A stretch of 64,000 nucleotides of DNA. It comes from Leucoraja ocellata. Lineage: Eukaryota. Made by a program: the position numbers and the translations under genes. The stretch spans positions 3,658,001 through 3,722,000 of the forward strand of contig JAWMAR010000081.1 of the NCBI GenBank assembly GCA_036785375.1, read 5' to 3'. Below are positions 1 through 11,684 of the stretch, piece after piece. The notes beneath the pieces were generated by a model. That model did not search any database. It worked only from the letters and a program-made list of their open reading frames with translations, and was not told where the DNA came from. How positions within the stretch are numbered: position 1 is the stretch's first letter; each line of letters begins with the position of its first letter.

Positions 1-369
1 ATGTCTGTGGAATGTGCTAAGAGGACAAAAAAACCCTATTTAATGCAATGTAATTCTGTTGCTCAGAGAAGTGGATGGAGGACAGTCAAGTGTCTGTATT
101 GGTCACTTGACTGGAGTTCTCCCTCCCTTCCATCGGCCGATAATAAGTAAAGTTTTGAACTGGTCTACCAAACAGTTTGTGTGGTGTCTGTTTATTAAGA
201 AGCGAACCTGTTTTGTTGTTAAGAAAAGTAGCTTTTTCAACGTGTGCTGAGTTACAGTGAAATGCTTTTGTTGCGTGCTATCCAGCCAGCAGAAAGACAA
301 TACATGATTACAATCGAGCTATTTACAGTGTACAGATACATGATGGTTCCTGCACATGTGGCTCTTCTA

Positions 370-1200
370 TGTTCCGTCGTTCTGCTCTTGCTCCCTCTCT
401 CCCCAGACGATACTAGGACAGTATTCCCCTGGTCTTCATCTTTCACCCCACCAGCCTCCCTATCCAACACATCGTTCGACATTTCTGTCACCAACATAAT
501 CCCAACACTAATCGCAACTTTCCATCCCCACTGCTTTCTGCCTTCTGTAACTCATTGGTCCACTTATTCCTTCCCATCCAAACCACCCTGTCCCCAGGTA
601 CTTTCCCCTGCAACACCTGTCTTTACACCTCCTCCCTTGACTCCAGCCAAGAACCCCAACAGTCCTTCGAGGTGAGACAGAGGTTCACATGCACCTCCTC
701 TAACTTCAGCCAGTGTTCCTGTTGTGGGCTCCTGTGCATTGGCAGGACAAAGCGTAGTTTTGGCGATTGTTTCACTGAACACCTATGTTTGGTCCACCAA
801 GATCTACTGGGTCTCTTGGTTGCTAACCTTAATAACCCCCCCTTCCCATTCCCACACTAACCTTGTTTAAGAAGGAACTGCAGATGCTGGAGAATCGAAG
901 GTACACAAAAAAGCTGGAGAAACTCAGTGGGTGCAGCAGCATCTATGGAGCGAAGGAAATAGGCAACGTTTCGGGCCGAAACCCTTCCTCAGACTGATCG
1001 GGGGCGGGGACAAAAACTTTGTCCCCGCCCCCGATCACTAACCCACCCACACTAACCTTTCTGTACTGGGCCTCCTCCATTGCCAGACTCGAGCCACATG
1101 CAAATTGGAGGAACAGCACCTTGTATTTCGTTTGGATTGCTTACGGTGGTATGAACGTTGGGTTCTCTCATTTTGGGTAACTTCTAGAAACATTCTTTTT
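370..1200 (+). mobile_element. Degraded Penelope-like element, GIY-YIG endonuclease region
   Basis: PQQSFEVRQRFTCTSSN...CCGLLCIGRTKRSFGDCFTEHL followed by KLEEQHLVFRL. Interrupted by a short insertion at 865-1045. Confidence 0.8.
865..1045 (-). mobile_element. Penelope terminal-repeat (pLTR) fragment with hammerhead-like core, inserted with a 14-bp TSD
   Basis: Flanked by cccacactaacctt at 851-864 and 1046-1059. On -: CTGAGGA-A-GGGTT-TC-GGCCC-GAAA-CGTT. Confidence 0.7.
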
Positions 1201-2489
1201 CCTTCTTTCCCTCCACCCCCCCCCACCTGCTTTCCCCCACCCCCCCCCCCCCCCCCCCCCTTCTTCCACAGTTCGTAGTGATGTATCCATCTTGGTACCA
1301 CACTGTCCCTAGACAACTTCACAACTATTAATGTTAATTAAAAAATAGAAAATTACAGCACTAGGCAGATCGGGTAGCACGAGTAGGAAGAGGAATGTTG
1401 ACTATTCGAGTCCGGGATGATGAACAGGTGACGGAGGGCAGGCCAAGGGAGAACAAACCCAAGTGTAGAGGCGAGTGGGGGATGAGTTGATGGAACCAGG
1501 TGTGGGAGGTCTACTTTCCTATTTCTCCCTTCATCCCCCCCCCCCCCCCCCCTTTCCACCCCCTCCCCCCTCATTTGCCCAAGATTGCAAATGCTTTCTC
1601 TTCCATTAAGCCCAAGGTTTTGACTCCAAACTTAAATGTCAAACATATAGTTTAAACTATATCTGATACCACTTATCTTCTGGCTTCCGTCTCCAAGTCC
1701 CTCCACCTGACCATATCTGCCCACCATTCCTCTCACCTCGCCTATCTGGAGATGCAAGATACATCAGAAGTCAAGTAGATTTTAAATAGAGGGGGGCAGA
1801 GAACATAAGGAATGTCCTTCTGTGATAGGGTGCAGCCCAGAGTTTAATTTTAGTTTCATTATTATTATTGCCACGTGTGCCAAGGTAGAGTGGAAAGCTG
1901 TGTTGTTGCGTGCTATCCAGTCAGGGAAAAGACCATAAATGTTTACAATCAAGCTGTCCACAGTGTGCAGATACGGGATAAATGGAAACGTGTTTAATGC
2001 AGACTAAAGAACATTAAAGCCTGATTAAAGGTAGTTTGAAGATCTCCAACGCAGTAGATTGATGATCAAGACCATCCAATTAATGACTACTTTGATAAAC
2101 CAAAGTGTAAAAAAAAAAGTGAAACTAATTGTGAGTACTATTTTGGGGTGAGGAGAAAATAGTTACCTGAAATTGTTAAATTAAATATTATGTTCTGATG
2201 GCAGTAAAGTGACACAAGAAAAAGGAGCAGGAATAGGCTGCCTGTTTCCTATAGTGAATCATGTAGTGCCATTTGATGTGTTTGTTGATGCTGATTCTCC
2301 TCGGGTATTGACTCCTCTTCTGTTCCACTTTCACATAGACCTTTAATTCCTCAGATTTGTCTATCCCCCTCCTTAGATGACTTGAAAGGTAGGATGCTGC
2401 TCCTGGAGCTCCATTGGTTATCATTGGAGCAAGAGTGAAGGTCAAAGATATAGCTCGGAATGGTGTTGAGTGGAGAATGAAACTATTAA

Positions 2490-2700
2490 TAGACACAAAA
2501 CGCTGGAGTAACTCAGCGGGACAGGCAGATCCCTGGAGAGAAGGAATGGAGAACTGAAGAAAGGTCAGTCTGAAGGAAGGACTCGACCCAAAACATCACC
2601 CATTCCTTCTCTCCAGAGATGCTGCCCTATACCTCTGAGTTACTCAAGCATTTGTGTCTTTCTTTGGTTTAAACCAGCATCTGCAGTTCCTTCCTACACA
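2490..2700. mobile_element. Fold-back Penelope pLTR fragment
   Basis: agacacaaaa-gctggagtaactcag...ctggagagaaggaatgg followed by its reverse complement, with a degenerate ribozyme core between the arms. Confidence 0.7.
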
Positions 2701-3284
2701 TGAAAACTATGCATAGTTTTTCTCATTTTGCTATAGTTTAGACATCTTTGGTACTATTTGTGCCAAAGACCATGGCTTTTAAGGCAAATCATGAACATAC
2801 CATCATAAAAATAAGCTGCACGGTATTCGATGGAACAATTGTCTCTTGAATACTTTAGCTGCTGAGCCATGAGATTTTATCCCTTTTAAACTCATGATCT
2901 GTGCATGCATGTGCAATTACTTCTGTAACTTGCAAAAGATAATGTAGAAACAAGGCACCGCAGATGCTGGTTTACACAAAAGGAAATTGATGTCGAAAAT
3001 TGCGAAAATTATTTAAAAAAAACAGATTGTAATATGTTTAACCCAAGAGCTTGTGCACTGGGAAAACACGATGGGAAAATAGGCCAACAAAGTGGAACTT
3101 AAGGATGTTAGGGGAGGCAATAAATAGATTTATCAGGTGTAAATTCACTATGTAACAGGAGGCAGGAGATTAAAATATGATTTTTCTTTTGGAATAGATC
3201 TAGTAAACAAAAAGCACTTTATATTTTGCCTGTTACAGTGCTATTGTCCCTGTAAAGAAGATAAATGTCTGCGAGATAATTATC

Positions 3285-4410
3285 TCAACTCCACTTCTTC
3301 CCACCCTGCTTCCTGCAGAGACTATCCCCATCTCCCAATTCCTCTGTCTACACCGCATCTGCGCCAAAGATAATGTGTTCCATACCACGACATCCGAGAT
3401 ATCCTCATTCTTTAGGGAACCGGGTTCCCCTCCCATCATAGATGAGACCCTCACTCATGTCTCCACGGTACCCTGCAGCTCCGCCTTTGCTCCCCCTCCC
3501 CCTAGTGGCAACAGAGAAAGAGTCCCCCAAGTCCTTAACTTTTACCACATCAGCTATCGCATGCAACACATAATCCTCCAACATTTTCACCACCTCCAAT
3601 GGAATCCCGACATTAGTCACATCTTTCCATCTCCACCCCCCTCCGCCCTCTGCAGAGACCATTCTCTCGGCAACTCCCTGGTTAACTCATCCCTTCCCCT
3701 GCAACCGCAGGAGATGCAACACCTGTCGCTATACCTCCTTCCTCGACTGTGTCCAGGGACCCCAACAGTCCTTTCAGGTTAGGCAGAGGTTCACTTGCAC
3801 CTCCTCCAACCTCAACTACTGTATCCGTTGTTCAAGGTGTGGACTCTTTACATCGGCTAGACAAAACGCAGACTGAGCGATCGTTTCGCAGAACACCTTC
3901 GTTCAGACCGCCTGGACCTACCTGATTTCCCAGTTGCAAAACACTTTAGTTCTTCTTCTCATTCCCACACTGACCTTTCTGTCCTAGGTCTCCTCCATTG
4001 TTAGAGTGAGGCTAAATGCAAATTGGAGGAACAGCACCTCATATTTCGCTTGAGCAGCTTACAGCCCATGAATATTGGTATGAATATTGATTTCTCTAAC
4101 TTCAAATAACCACGGCATTCCCTCTCTCCATCTACCCCACCCCCCCCCCCCCCCCCCCACCTAAGTTGCACCAGCTTCCCGTTTTCTAACACAGCTAACA
4201 ATGGCCCGTTTCCTTTATCATTGTTAGTTTTTTCATTTATTGTTTATCTCTCTACATCGTCTATATCTCTCTCTCTCCCCCTGACTAGTTTGAAGAAGGG
4301 TATCGTCCCGAAACATCACCCATTCCTTCTCTCCTGAGATGCTGCCTGTTACACCAGCTTTTTGTGTCTATCTTCGGTTTAAACCAGCATCTGCAATTCC
4401 ATCGTACATA
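3285..4410 (+). mobile_element. Penelope-like element 3' part (RT C-terminus, GIY-YIG, pLTR), degraded
   Basis: IPISQFLCLHRICA, ERVPQVLNFYHIS, QVRQRFTCTSSNLNYCIRCSRCGL and KLEEQHLIFRL, with frameshifts. Ends in the pLTR sequence. Confidence 0.85.
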
Positions 4411-4455
4411 AATGGGTACAAGCATTGTCTATCTTTTTTTTTGTTAAATCTACAG

Positions 4456-4609
4456 CAGAAAGGGTGTTGCTTTTATGGATGGTGCATGAGTGTCATGTTT
4501 CTGCATCACTCATGTTGCAAACCTTATTTCCTAGTGGTGTTTACGGTAGAAATTTCGCCTTGCTTCTGCCGTTTGCTGGAGTGAAGAAGACAGAGGATGT
4601 TGAAGCAAC
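4456..4609 (+). other. Candidate upstream ST3GAL6 exon, possibly ending in a short coding start (ATG 4597, MLKQ + 1 nt)
   Basis: T-rich tract plus TACAG acceptor at 4455 and donor AAC|GTAAGT at 4610. No homology support, and upstream ATGs are present. Confidence 0.25.
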
Positions 4610-5446
4610 GTAAGTCGTCTAAGTAGCCCACATCTTTTTTTTAAATGATTAAAATCATTGAATACGCATGTCTTCGGAGAAGTAATATTCTAGATTTTCC
4701 AATCGGAGCATGCAACAACATTGTAGAATGAATGCTAATTGCATGGAAGTGTGTAAAGGAAAAGGACTGATTCTTGATCGACCATTCAAGAGCAATGGAC
4801 TTGCTATTGACTGGGAATTGATTCAAAAATAATACACCAAAATGCGATAATCTGGCACATTGGGACTTTGGTTCCATCAGCAAAGTTTCCACATATTGAA
4901 TGCAATTTCTATTCATTTCATAGAAACATAGAAAATAGGTCCCAGCGGAGGCCATTTGGCCGTTTGAGCCAGCACCACCATTCATTGTGATCATGGCTGA
5001 TTCATTGTGATCATTTCCTGACGCATTTTAATTTAACATAATTTCCCCTGAGTGAGATACTGAACTATCAGGATTTCCAAATAGTTCTAATTATTAATTA
5101 TACTGTAGCCTGAGTAATGGAGTGATTGAAAATAAACCATCCTTTAAGCTTTACCTTAAAAAAAACCAGAAGTTATAAAACCCTTTGCTTATTTCCAAAT
5201 ATTAGATTAAGAAAAGGATGATTTTTGAGCTAAAGATTGAGAGCTTTGTATCTAAGATGGGGAATCTCTATCTTCAGGTTTATATAAGAGGTGTAGCTTT
5301 AACAGCAACCAGAAGTCATAATTTCTTAATCAGTAATAACCTCTGGCCTATAAGGGTAAAAAGCAAAGAAATGGTTGGATTGACAAAATATATCAGAAAT
5401 AAGGAACTAAGCAGAATGTAGTAGGATTGAAAACAAATAATGAAAA

Positions 5447-6440
5447 TTAGTTTAGTTTTGAGATACAGCGTAGAAACGGGCCCTTCGGCCCACCAAATCC
5501 ATGCCGACCAGTGATCTCCGCACACTAACACTATCCCACACGCACTAGGGAGAATTTACAATTATAACAAGCCAATTAACCTACAAACCTGTACGTCTTT
5601 GTAATGTGAGATGAATCAAGATCACGGGGAGAATGTACAAACTCTGTAGAGGCAATGGTTCAATGGTCCTTTATTGTCACGTGTACCATTTAAGGTACAG
5701 TCAAATTTGATTTGCCTTACAGTCATACTAGAAAAAAGCACCAAGATGCACAATTACATAAAAGTTAACATAAACATCCACTAATGCGGCTCCCTCACAT
5801 TCCTCACTGTGATGGAAGGCAATAAAGTCTTATCTTATTTCCTTCTTATTCTCCCACGGATGGGGCAGTTGAACCATCTGCAGTTGGGGCAATCGAAGCT
5901 CCCACAGCCGGCGATCGAAACTCCCGAGATCGGGGAGATCGAAGCTCCTGCAGTTGGAGCTCCCGAAGTCTGTCCCTAACCAAGGGACCACAAGCTCCAC
6001 AGTTAAGTCCGCAGGCTCCCGCCATTGGAGCTCCCAAGGTCGATCCCTGACAAAGGGACCGCCAGCTCCACAATGTTGAGTCCGCAGGCTCCAGCGGTTG
6101 GAGCTCCCAAAGTCGATCGCCAGCAAGAGGCCATCAGCTCCTCGTTGTTAGGCCGCAGCGCGGACGGAGATATGATACGGAAAAAAATCGTATCTCCATC
6201 GAGCATTTTTAAAAGTTTCCCCCAACCCCACCCCCCACATAATACAAAGCTAAAGATGTACGAAAACATACATTTAACAACATACTAAAAACAACAAAGA
6301 AAGAAAAGGACAAGACAGACTGTTGGCGAAGCTGCCATTGTATGGCGCCACCTGGTGGACAAGCACCCGTAGTCAGGATCGAACTCTGGTCCCTGGTGCT
6401 GCGAGGTAGCAACTCTACTGCTGCATCACCGTGCCGTCCC
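5447..6440 (-). mobile_element. HE1/V-SINE copy split by a nested insertion (about 5655-6360)
   Basis: The (ctaaa)n tail and CR1-like 3' end lie at 5447-5650. The tRNA-like head (gggacggcacggtgatgcagcagtagagttgct..., gttcgatcc B box) lies at 6361-6440. Confidence 0.8.
5655..6360 (-). mobile_element. GC-rich non-autonomous retroposon (gagctcc-rich family)
   Basis: 3' end on - is gtgacaataaa plus a short repeat tail. Internal ggagctcc subrepeats. Related copies at about 10460-11180, 30700-31451 and 63530-64000. Confidence 0.7.
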
Positions 6441-6894
6441 TTGGGCCACACTTTTTATTTTAAAGCCATGTTTTGTATATAATTTACCAATGGGACCTGG
6501 CCTGCTTAAACCTGTGGTTTCAGAAGAGAGAATCTGCAAAAAATGTGATTTGTACGGCATTTTGAAGCGCCTTCTTTCGGGAGCTGCCACTTGATGCGAT
6601 CTGTGCAAGGAAGTGAAGACTATCTGTTACCATTGGCCAAGGTTAACTATGGACTGGATAATGAATGGGGTATCGCGTTGTACTTGCTATACCTAGCAGC
6701 AGGAATTGATACTTAGCAACCAAACATTGGAAACCCTGTTGTGTGGGACATTGATATTGGATTCTTCCCTTACCCCATAAACATAGCAGCAATCTAGAGC
6801 TTTCCTGGTGTACATTGTGCTTTGAAGAAATTGTCATATAGTTGTAGCTTGCTAACATCCATGAAAAGTACCAAAAATCTGTACTTGAGTTTTT

Positions 6895-7140
6895 GGTTTT
6901 AGAGACCCAGTGTGCCTCCCCGATGCACTAGTTCGATTCTACGCACTGGAGACAATTTACAGAAGTCAATTAACTTAAATACCTGCACATATACGGAATG
7001 CAGGAGGGAACCAGGGCACTCAGAGAAAACCCTTGAGGTGAGAGGGAGAAAGTACAATCTCTGTGCAGGCAGCACCCGAATCAAACCCAGGCCTCTGGCG
7101 CAAAGGCAGCAATTCTACCGCTGTGCCAGTGTCACCCCTG
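6895..7140 (-). mobile_element. HE1/V-SINE, diverged
   Basis: Similar to the other SINE copies in the window (V-domain and tRNA-like head). Confidence 0.65.
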
Positions 7141-8167
7141 TATTTCTGTCGCTTGGCTTTTATGATTAATTCTCTAAATATAGGTACTAGGCCTATCTGT
7201 TATTCACTTTCTTTTCTCATTCACACTCATACACAGCTGGAACTACAACTCCAATCTTGTTTCCATATAATTTCCTTTAATTTTCTTCGCTTTCTATCTT
7301 TTCCAAACTTGGCTTGTTCTTTAAATGTCATTCTTTGTTTCTACTAACTGGATTTTTTTATTTCCCTTGCCCATCTGCTTTCATTCAACTAGAGATTATG
7401 CTGACCTTAATTTTATGATACTAAATCTTCATCTTATGAAAATGAGCTTTTGCTGTTTCTTCTTTTAAAAACCTGTTTTGTAATTGAAATCCTTATACAC
7501 ACCAAGCTATTCATTAAAATATATTTTCAATATTGCTTCGCAGTGAAATTACACTTGGAAACGAAAATCTTGATTTTTATCTTTGCCATTGTGAAGGTTC
7601 TCGGCATTGTGTATAGGAATTGCCATAAACTTTGTCCAATTTAATACCAATAGCAGAATTTAATATCATCTTTTGTAAATATCTGCATATCCTTTCATAG
7701 CAACAGAATTTTAATTCCAGGTGACGGTGCACGAATGGCAAGATATTTTCAAGCCATGAGTTGTGTGAATTGGAAGGGAATGTGTAGATAATGGCGGTCC
7801 TGTTTACTCTTAATCTGTGTTTTCTATTCTTGAGGCTACTTCATATAATAGGAAATGTTTGATCCTTTGCATTCATGCTTATTTGTGTACCAATAAATTA
7901 CAGTCAGTGTGGTCTTCCAGCAGTTACTGCTAACCCATAAGGGGGAAAAAAGTGCCTTGATTTAACGTGTTGTTGAACGTGAGGGGAATGTCATTCCCAT
8001 CAACAGTCCTTTCCTTGAAAGGCATCACATGGAATGGGGGAGGGGGAGGAGGAAGGAGAGGGTGGAGTAGAAGCATTACATAAAGTATCTGAAGTTTTTG
8101 ACATGGGGCAAACTCAATCTCATTTTCTAAGCTAAATGAATGCTTCTGACGTTTAAACTATTATAGA

Positions 8168-8328
8168 CAAAAATGCTGGAGAAACTCAGCGGGCGAGGCA
8201 GCAATAGATCAAAGGTATAAGTGAAGTTTCGGGTCGCGACCTTTCTTCAGAAGAACTCATCCTCTGAGTTTCTCCAGCATTTTTGTCTACCTTTGATTTT
8301 TCCAGCATCTGTAGTTCTTTCTTAATCA
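8168..8328. mobile_element. Fold-back pLTR insertion with hammerhead-like core and 16-bp TSD
   Basis: Direct repeat tttaaactattataga at 8152-8167 and 8329-8344. Core on - at 8250-8223: CTGAAGA-A-AGGTC-GC-GACCC-GAAA-CTTC. Confidence 0.75.
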
Positions 8329-8433
8329 TTTAAACTATTATAGATTTATTTTAGTTTTAAAATGTACGTTTTTTTAAAATAAACCAAAGTTTAATTATAT
8401 CTAGTCTGCACTACTCTCCTTCATTGAAACAAT

Positions 8434-9722
8434 GTGCCTGGAAGGTCATGTTTGACTAATCTTCTTGAATTTTTTGAAGAGGTTACTCGGGAAATTGATG
8501 AGGGTAAAGCAGTGGATGTTGTATATATGGACTTCAGTAAGGCCTTTGACAAGGTTCCTCATGGAAGGTTGGTTAAGAAGGTTCAATGGTTGGGTATTAA
8601 TGGTGGAGTAGCAAGATGGATTCAACAGTGGCTGAATGGGAGATGCCAGAGAGTAATGGTGGATGGTTGTTTGTCAGGTTGGAGGCCAGTGACTAGTGGG
8701 GTGCCACAGGGATCTGTGTTGGGTCCACTGTTGTTTGTCATGTACATCAATGATCTGGATGATGGTGTGGTAAATTGGATTAGTAAGTATGCAGATGATA
8801 CTAAGATAGGAGAGGTTGTGGATAATGAAGTAGATTTTCAAAGTCTACAGAGAGATTTATGCCAGTTGGAAGAGTGGACTGAAAGATGGCAGATGGAGTT
8901 TAATGTTGATAAGTGTGAGGTGCTACATCTTGGCAGGACAAATCAAAATAGGACGTACATGGTAAATGGTAGGGAATTGAAGAATGCGGGTGAACAGAGG
9001 GATCTGGGAATAACTGTGCACAGTTCCCTGAAAGTGGAATCTCATGTAGATAGGGTGGTAAAGAAAGCTTTTGGTGTGCTGGCCTTTATAAATCAGAGCA
9101 TTGAGTATTGAAGTTGGGATGTAATGTTAAAATTGTACAAGGCATTGGTGAGGCCAATTCTGGAGTTTGGGGTACAATTTTGGTCGCCTAATTATAGGAA
9201 GGATGTCAACAAAATAGAGAGAGTACAGAGGAGATTTACTAGAATGGTGCCTGGGTTTCAGCAACTAAGTTACAGAGAAAGGTTGAACAAGTTGGGTCTT
9301 TATTCTTTGGAGCGCAGAAGGTTAAGGGGGGACTTGATAGAGTTCTTTAAAATTATGAAAGGGATAGACAGAGTTGACGTGGATAAGCTTTTCCCACTGA
9401 GAGGAGGGAAGATGCAAACAAGGGGACATGACTTGAGAATTAAGGGACAGAAGTTTAGGGGTAACATGAAGGGGAACTTCTTTACTCAGAGAGTGGTGGC
9501 TATGTGGAATGAGCTTCCAGTGAAGGTGGTGGAGGCAGGTTCGTTTTTATCATTTAAAAATAAATTGGATAGTTATATGGACGAGAAAGGAATGGAGGGT
9601 TATGGTCTGAGCGCAGGTATATGGGACTAGGGGAGAATACGTGTTCGGCACGGACTAGAAGGGTCGAGATGGCCTGTTTCCGTGCTGTAATTGTTATATG
9701 GTTATATATATATATATATATA
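8434..9722 (+). mobile_element. 5'-truncated young CR1 LINE (RT domain to 3' end)
   Basis: SCLTNLLEFF, YMDFSKAFDKVPH, GVPQGSVLGP, KYADD. One in-frame TGA at 9109-9111. gttatatg/(TA)n tail. Confidence 0.95.
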
Positions 9723-10235
9723 AAATAGGTGCAGGACTAGGCCATTCGGCCCTATGGGCCAGCACTGCCATTTAATATGATCATGGCTGATCATCCAAAA
9801 TCAGTACCCCGTTCCTGCTTTTTCCCCATATCCCTTGATTCCGTTAGCCCTAAGAGCTGATCTGCTGATCTAAGAAATTGCTGATCTGCGTGATTCCTCG
9901 CTGGACTCTATATATTTGTGTTAAATACAAAAGCAATCGGCTGCAACTGATAATTACGAATACATTTTGGCAGTTATGTGGGTAAATAAGAACTGCTGAG
10001 GCATTGGGATTGGAATATAATCACTTATAATTTTCCAGGAGATTAGTAGATTTGCATGTGTTTTTACATTTTGCTTTCTAAGTAAAGTATGATTTTCTTA
10101 TTGCCCCGAAAGCTGCTGTTCTTCTATCGTTGCATTGTTTGTGTTTTATTTTGTTCTTGCTGAGCCTAAATGATGGTATAAATGGAAAACTAACAAGGTT
10201 TAGTTGTTTGATTTTATTTTATTTTTTTGTTTCAG

Positions 10236-10348
10236 TAAATCTGAAAGCAAGAACCCATTCTTGTGTTCTTCAGACATCGGACACAAAAGTTGGCCAGCAA
10301 GTGCGTTCGCCAAGCCAGAAACCCTGCCGTTTGGGACATTGAGCACAG
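10236..10348 (+). CDS. ST3GAL6: ST3GAL6 coding exon (stem region)
   Basis: ttttgtttcag acceptor and CAG|gtaata donor. Translates KSESKNPFLCSSDIGHKSWPASAFAKPETLPFGTLST, matching the PFLC...LP(Y/F)G stem of ST3Gal VI. Phase fits the next exon. Confidence 0.85.
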
Positions 10349-10459
10349 GTAATATTGAGAGACATGGATCACTGTTATAGTTCTGTCATTTGTTTTGAGA
10401 GGGAAAAACAAGATTAGTACAGGCCACAGATTGTCAACTTTGACAATTATACAATTATT

Positions 10460-11180
10460 TATTGTCATTTGATCCTCAAATGAAGTTCAAACGAAATTTT
10501 GTTTCTGCAGTCATACAACAAGAAAAGAACCAAGACACACAACCAACACAATTTACACAAACATCTGTTACAGTGAATCTCTTCCTCACTTTGATGGAAG
10601 ACAAAGTCTTGTCTCTCCCCTGTGTTCCATTCTTCTCCCGATGTTAAAGCCCCCAGCGGGCGATGGCAAGTCCCGCGGCCGTTAAGCCGCACCGGGCGAT
10701 GTAAGGCCCCGATCCAGGTCATCTTCATCTCGGGCAGGAGAAGTCGCTGTTGCGGGAGCTCCAAAAAGCGGTCTCCCACCAGGGACCCGCGAGCTCCCGA
10801 TGTCACCGTCCACCGGACCTGCGGCTGGAGCCTCCGAGCTCCGTAGTCGGGTCACAGCCGCGCGTCACCACAGCTCTCCACGCTCCGAAGCCGGCCAGCC
10901 CCACGATAGTAAGTCCGCAGGCTCCGTGACTTGAGCCCCCAGGTCGTTCCGGTTGGAGGCCGCTCCACGGTGCTAGGCCTCAACGACCACGGAGACCCGA
11001 CAGGGAAAAGGTCAGGTCACCCGTACAGGGAAGAGATTAAAAGTCTCCCCCCCCCCCCCCCCGCCCTCCACATATACACAGCTAAAAACAATATAAAAAC
11101 CACAACAAACTACATTCAATGGGACAAATAATAAAAGACGGACTGCAGTGGCTGCTGCGACGTCGATCGCGCCGCCCACA
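10460..11180 (-). mobile_element. GC-rich non-autonomous retroposon
   Basis: tttattgtca 3' end, CpG-rich gagctcc core, poly-C and A-rich segment as in the 5655-6360 element. Confidence 0.65.
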
Positions 11181-11620
11181 CAATTAGAAAAGCTATAAAT
11201 ATTTGAAAATTGGAGACACAAAGAACTGCAGATGCTAAAATATTGCATAGAAAAAACACAGGTGGAACAAAACATAGCCAAACATAATTGTGGTATATTG
11301 TTACAAAGATAGCATGATGTTTAGAACAAAAAAAAATGAAATCATAGAACACTAAAACTGTGTATAGGTTGGAGCTAAACTTTATCATTGGTGCTCAAGT
11401 TAACATTGTTGTGGCTGTGGAGAAATATAGCACTAATGTTCATCAGATTACTTTGGTTTACTAAATAGATATACTTCTATCTCCATTTTATATTCAGCTG
11501 CATTTAATTTCATTGTTGCTGGCCTTGCTTGAGGATGCCTTGGGTGACCTAAGGCAGCACACTGAAGGCTGAATGCTTCTTCCACTTTTTGACGTCATTT
11601 TTCCTTTATTTGTTTTCTAG

Positions 11621-11684
11621 AAAGATATTTCAAAACAATTCTTGAAAATTTGGAGACCTGTGATCTTCCACATCAGTTGAAGAA
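11621..11684 (+). CDS. ST3GAL6: ST3GAL6 coding exon (64 nt)
   Basis: tgttttctag acceptor and GAA|gtgggt donor. Encodes (E)RYFKTILENLETCDLPHQLK(N), in phase with both neighbours. Confidence 0.85.

Noticed and set aside
1210-1575. Poly-C runs giving poly-Gly/Pro ORFs (also at 4135, 11047 and 41711)
   Set aside because: These are simple homopolymers, mostly within repeats and of uncertain length, and not coding.
10110-10235. Hydrophobic frame (AAVLLSLHCLCFILFLLSL...) that could be the ST3GAL6 TM exon
   Set aside because: It would need a 38-nt intron (10198-10235), too short for a vertebrate. The hydrophobicity is explained by T-rich intron sequence.
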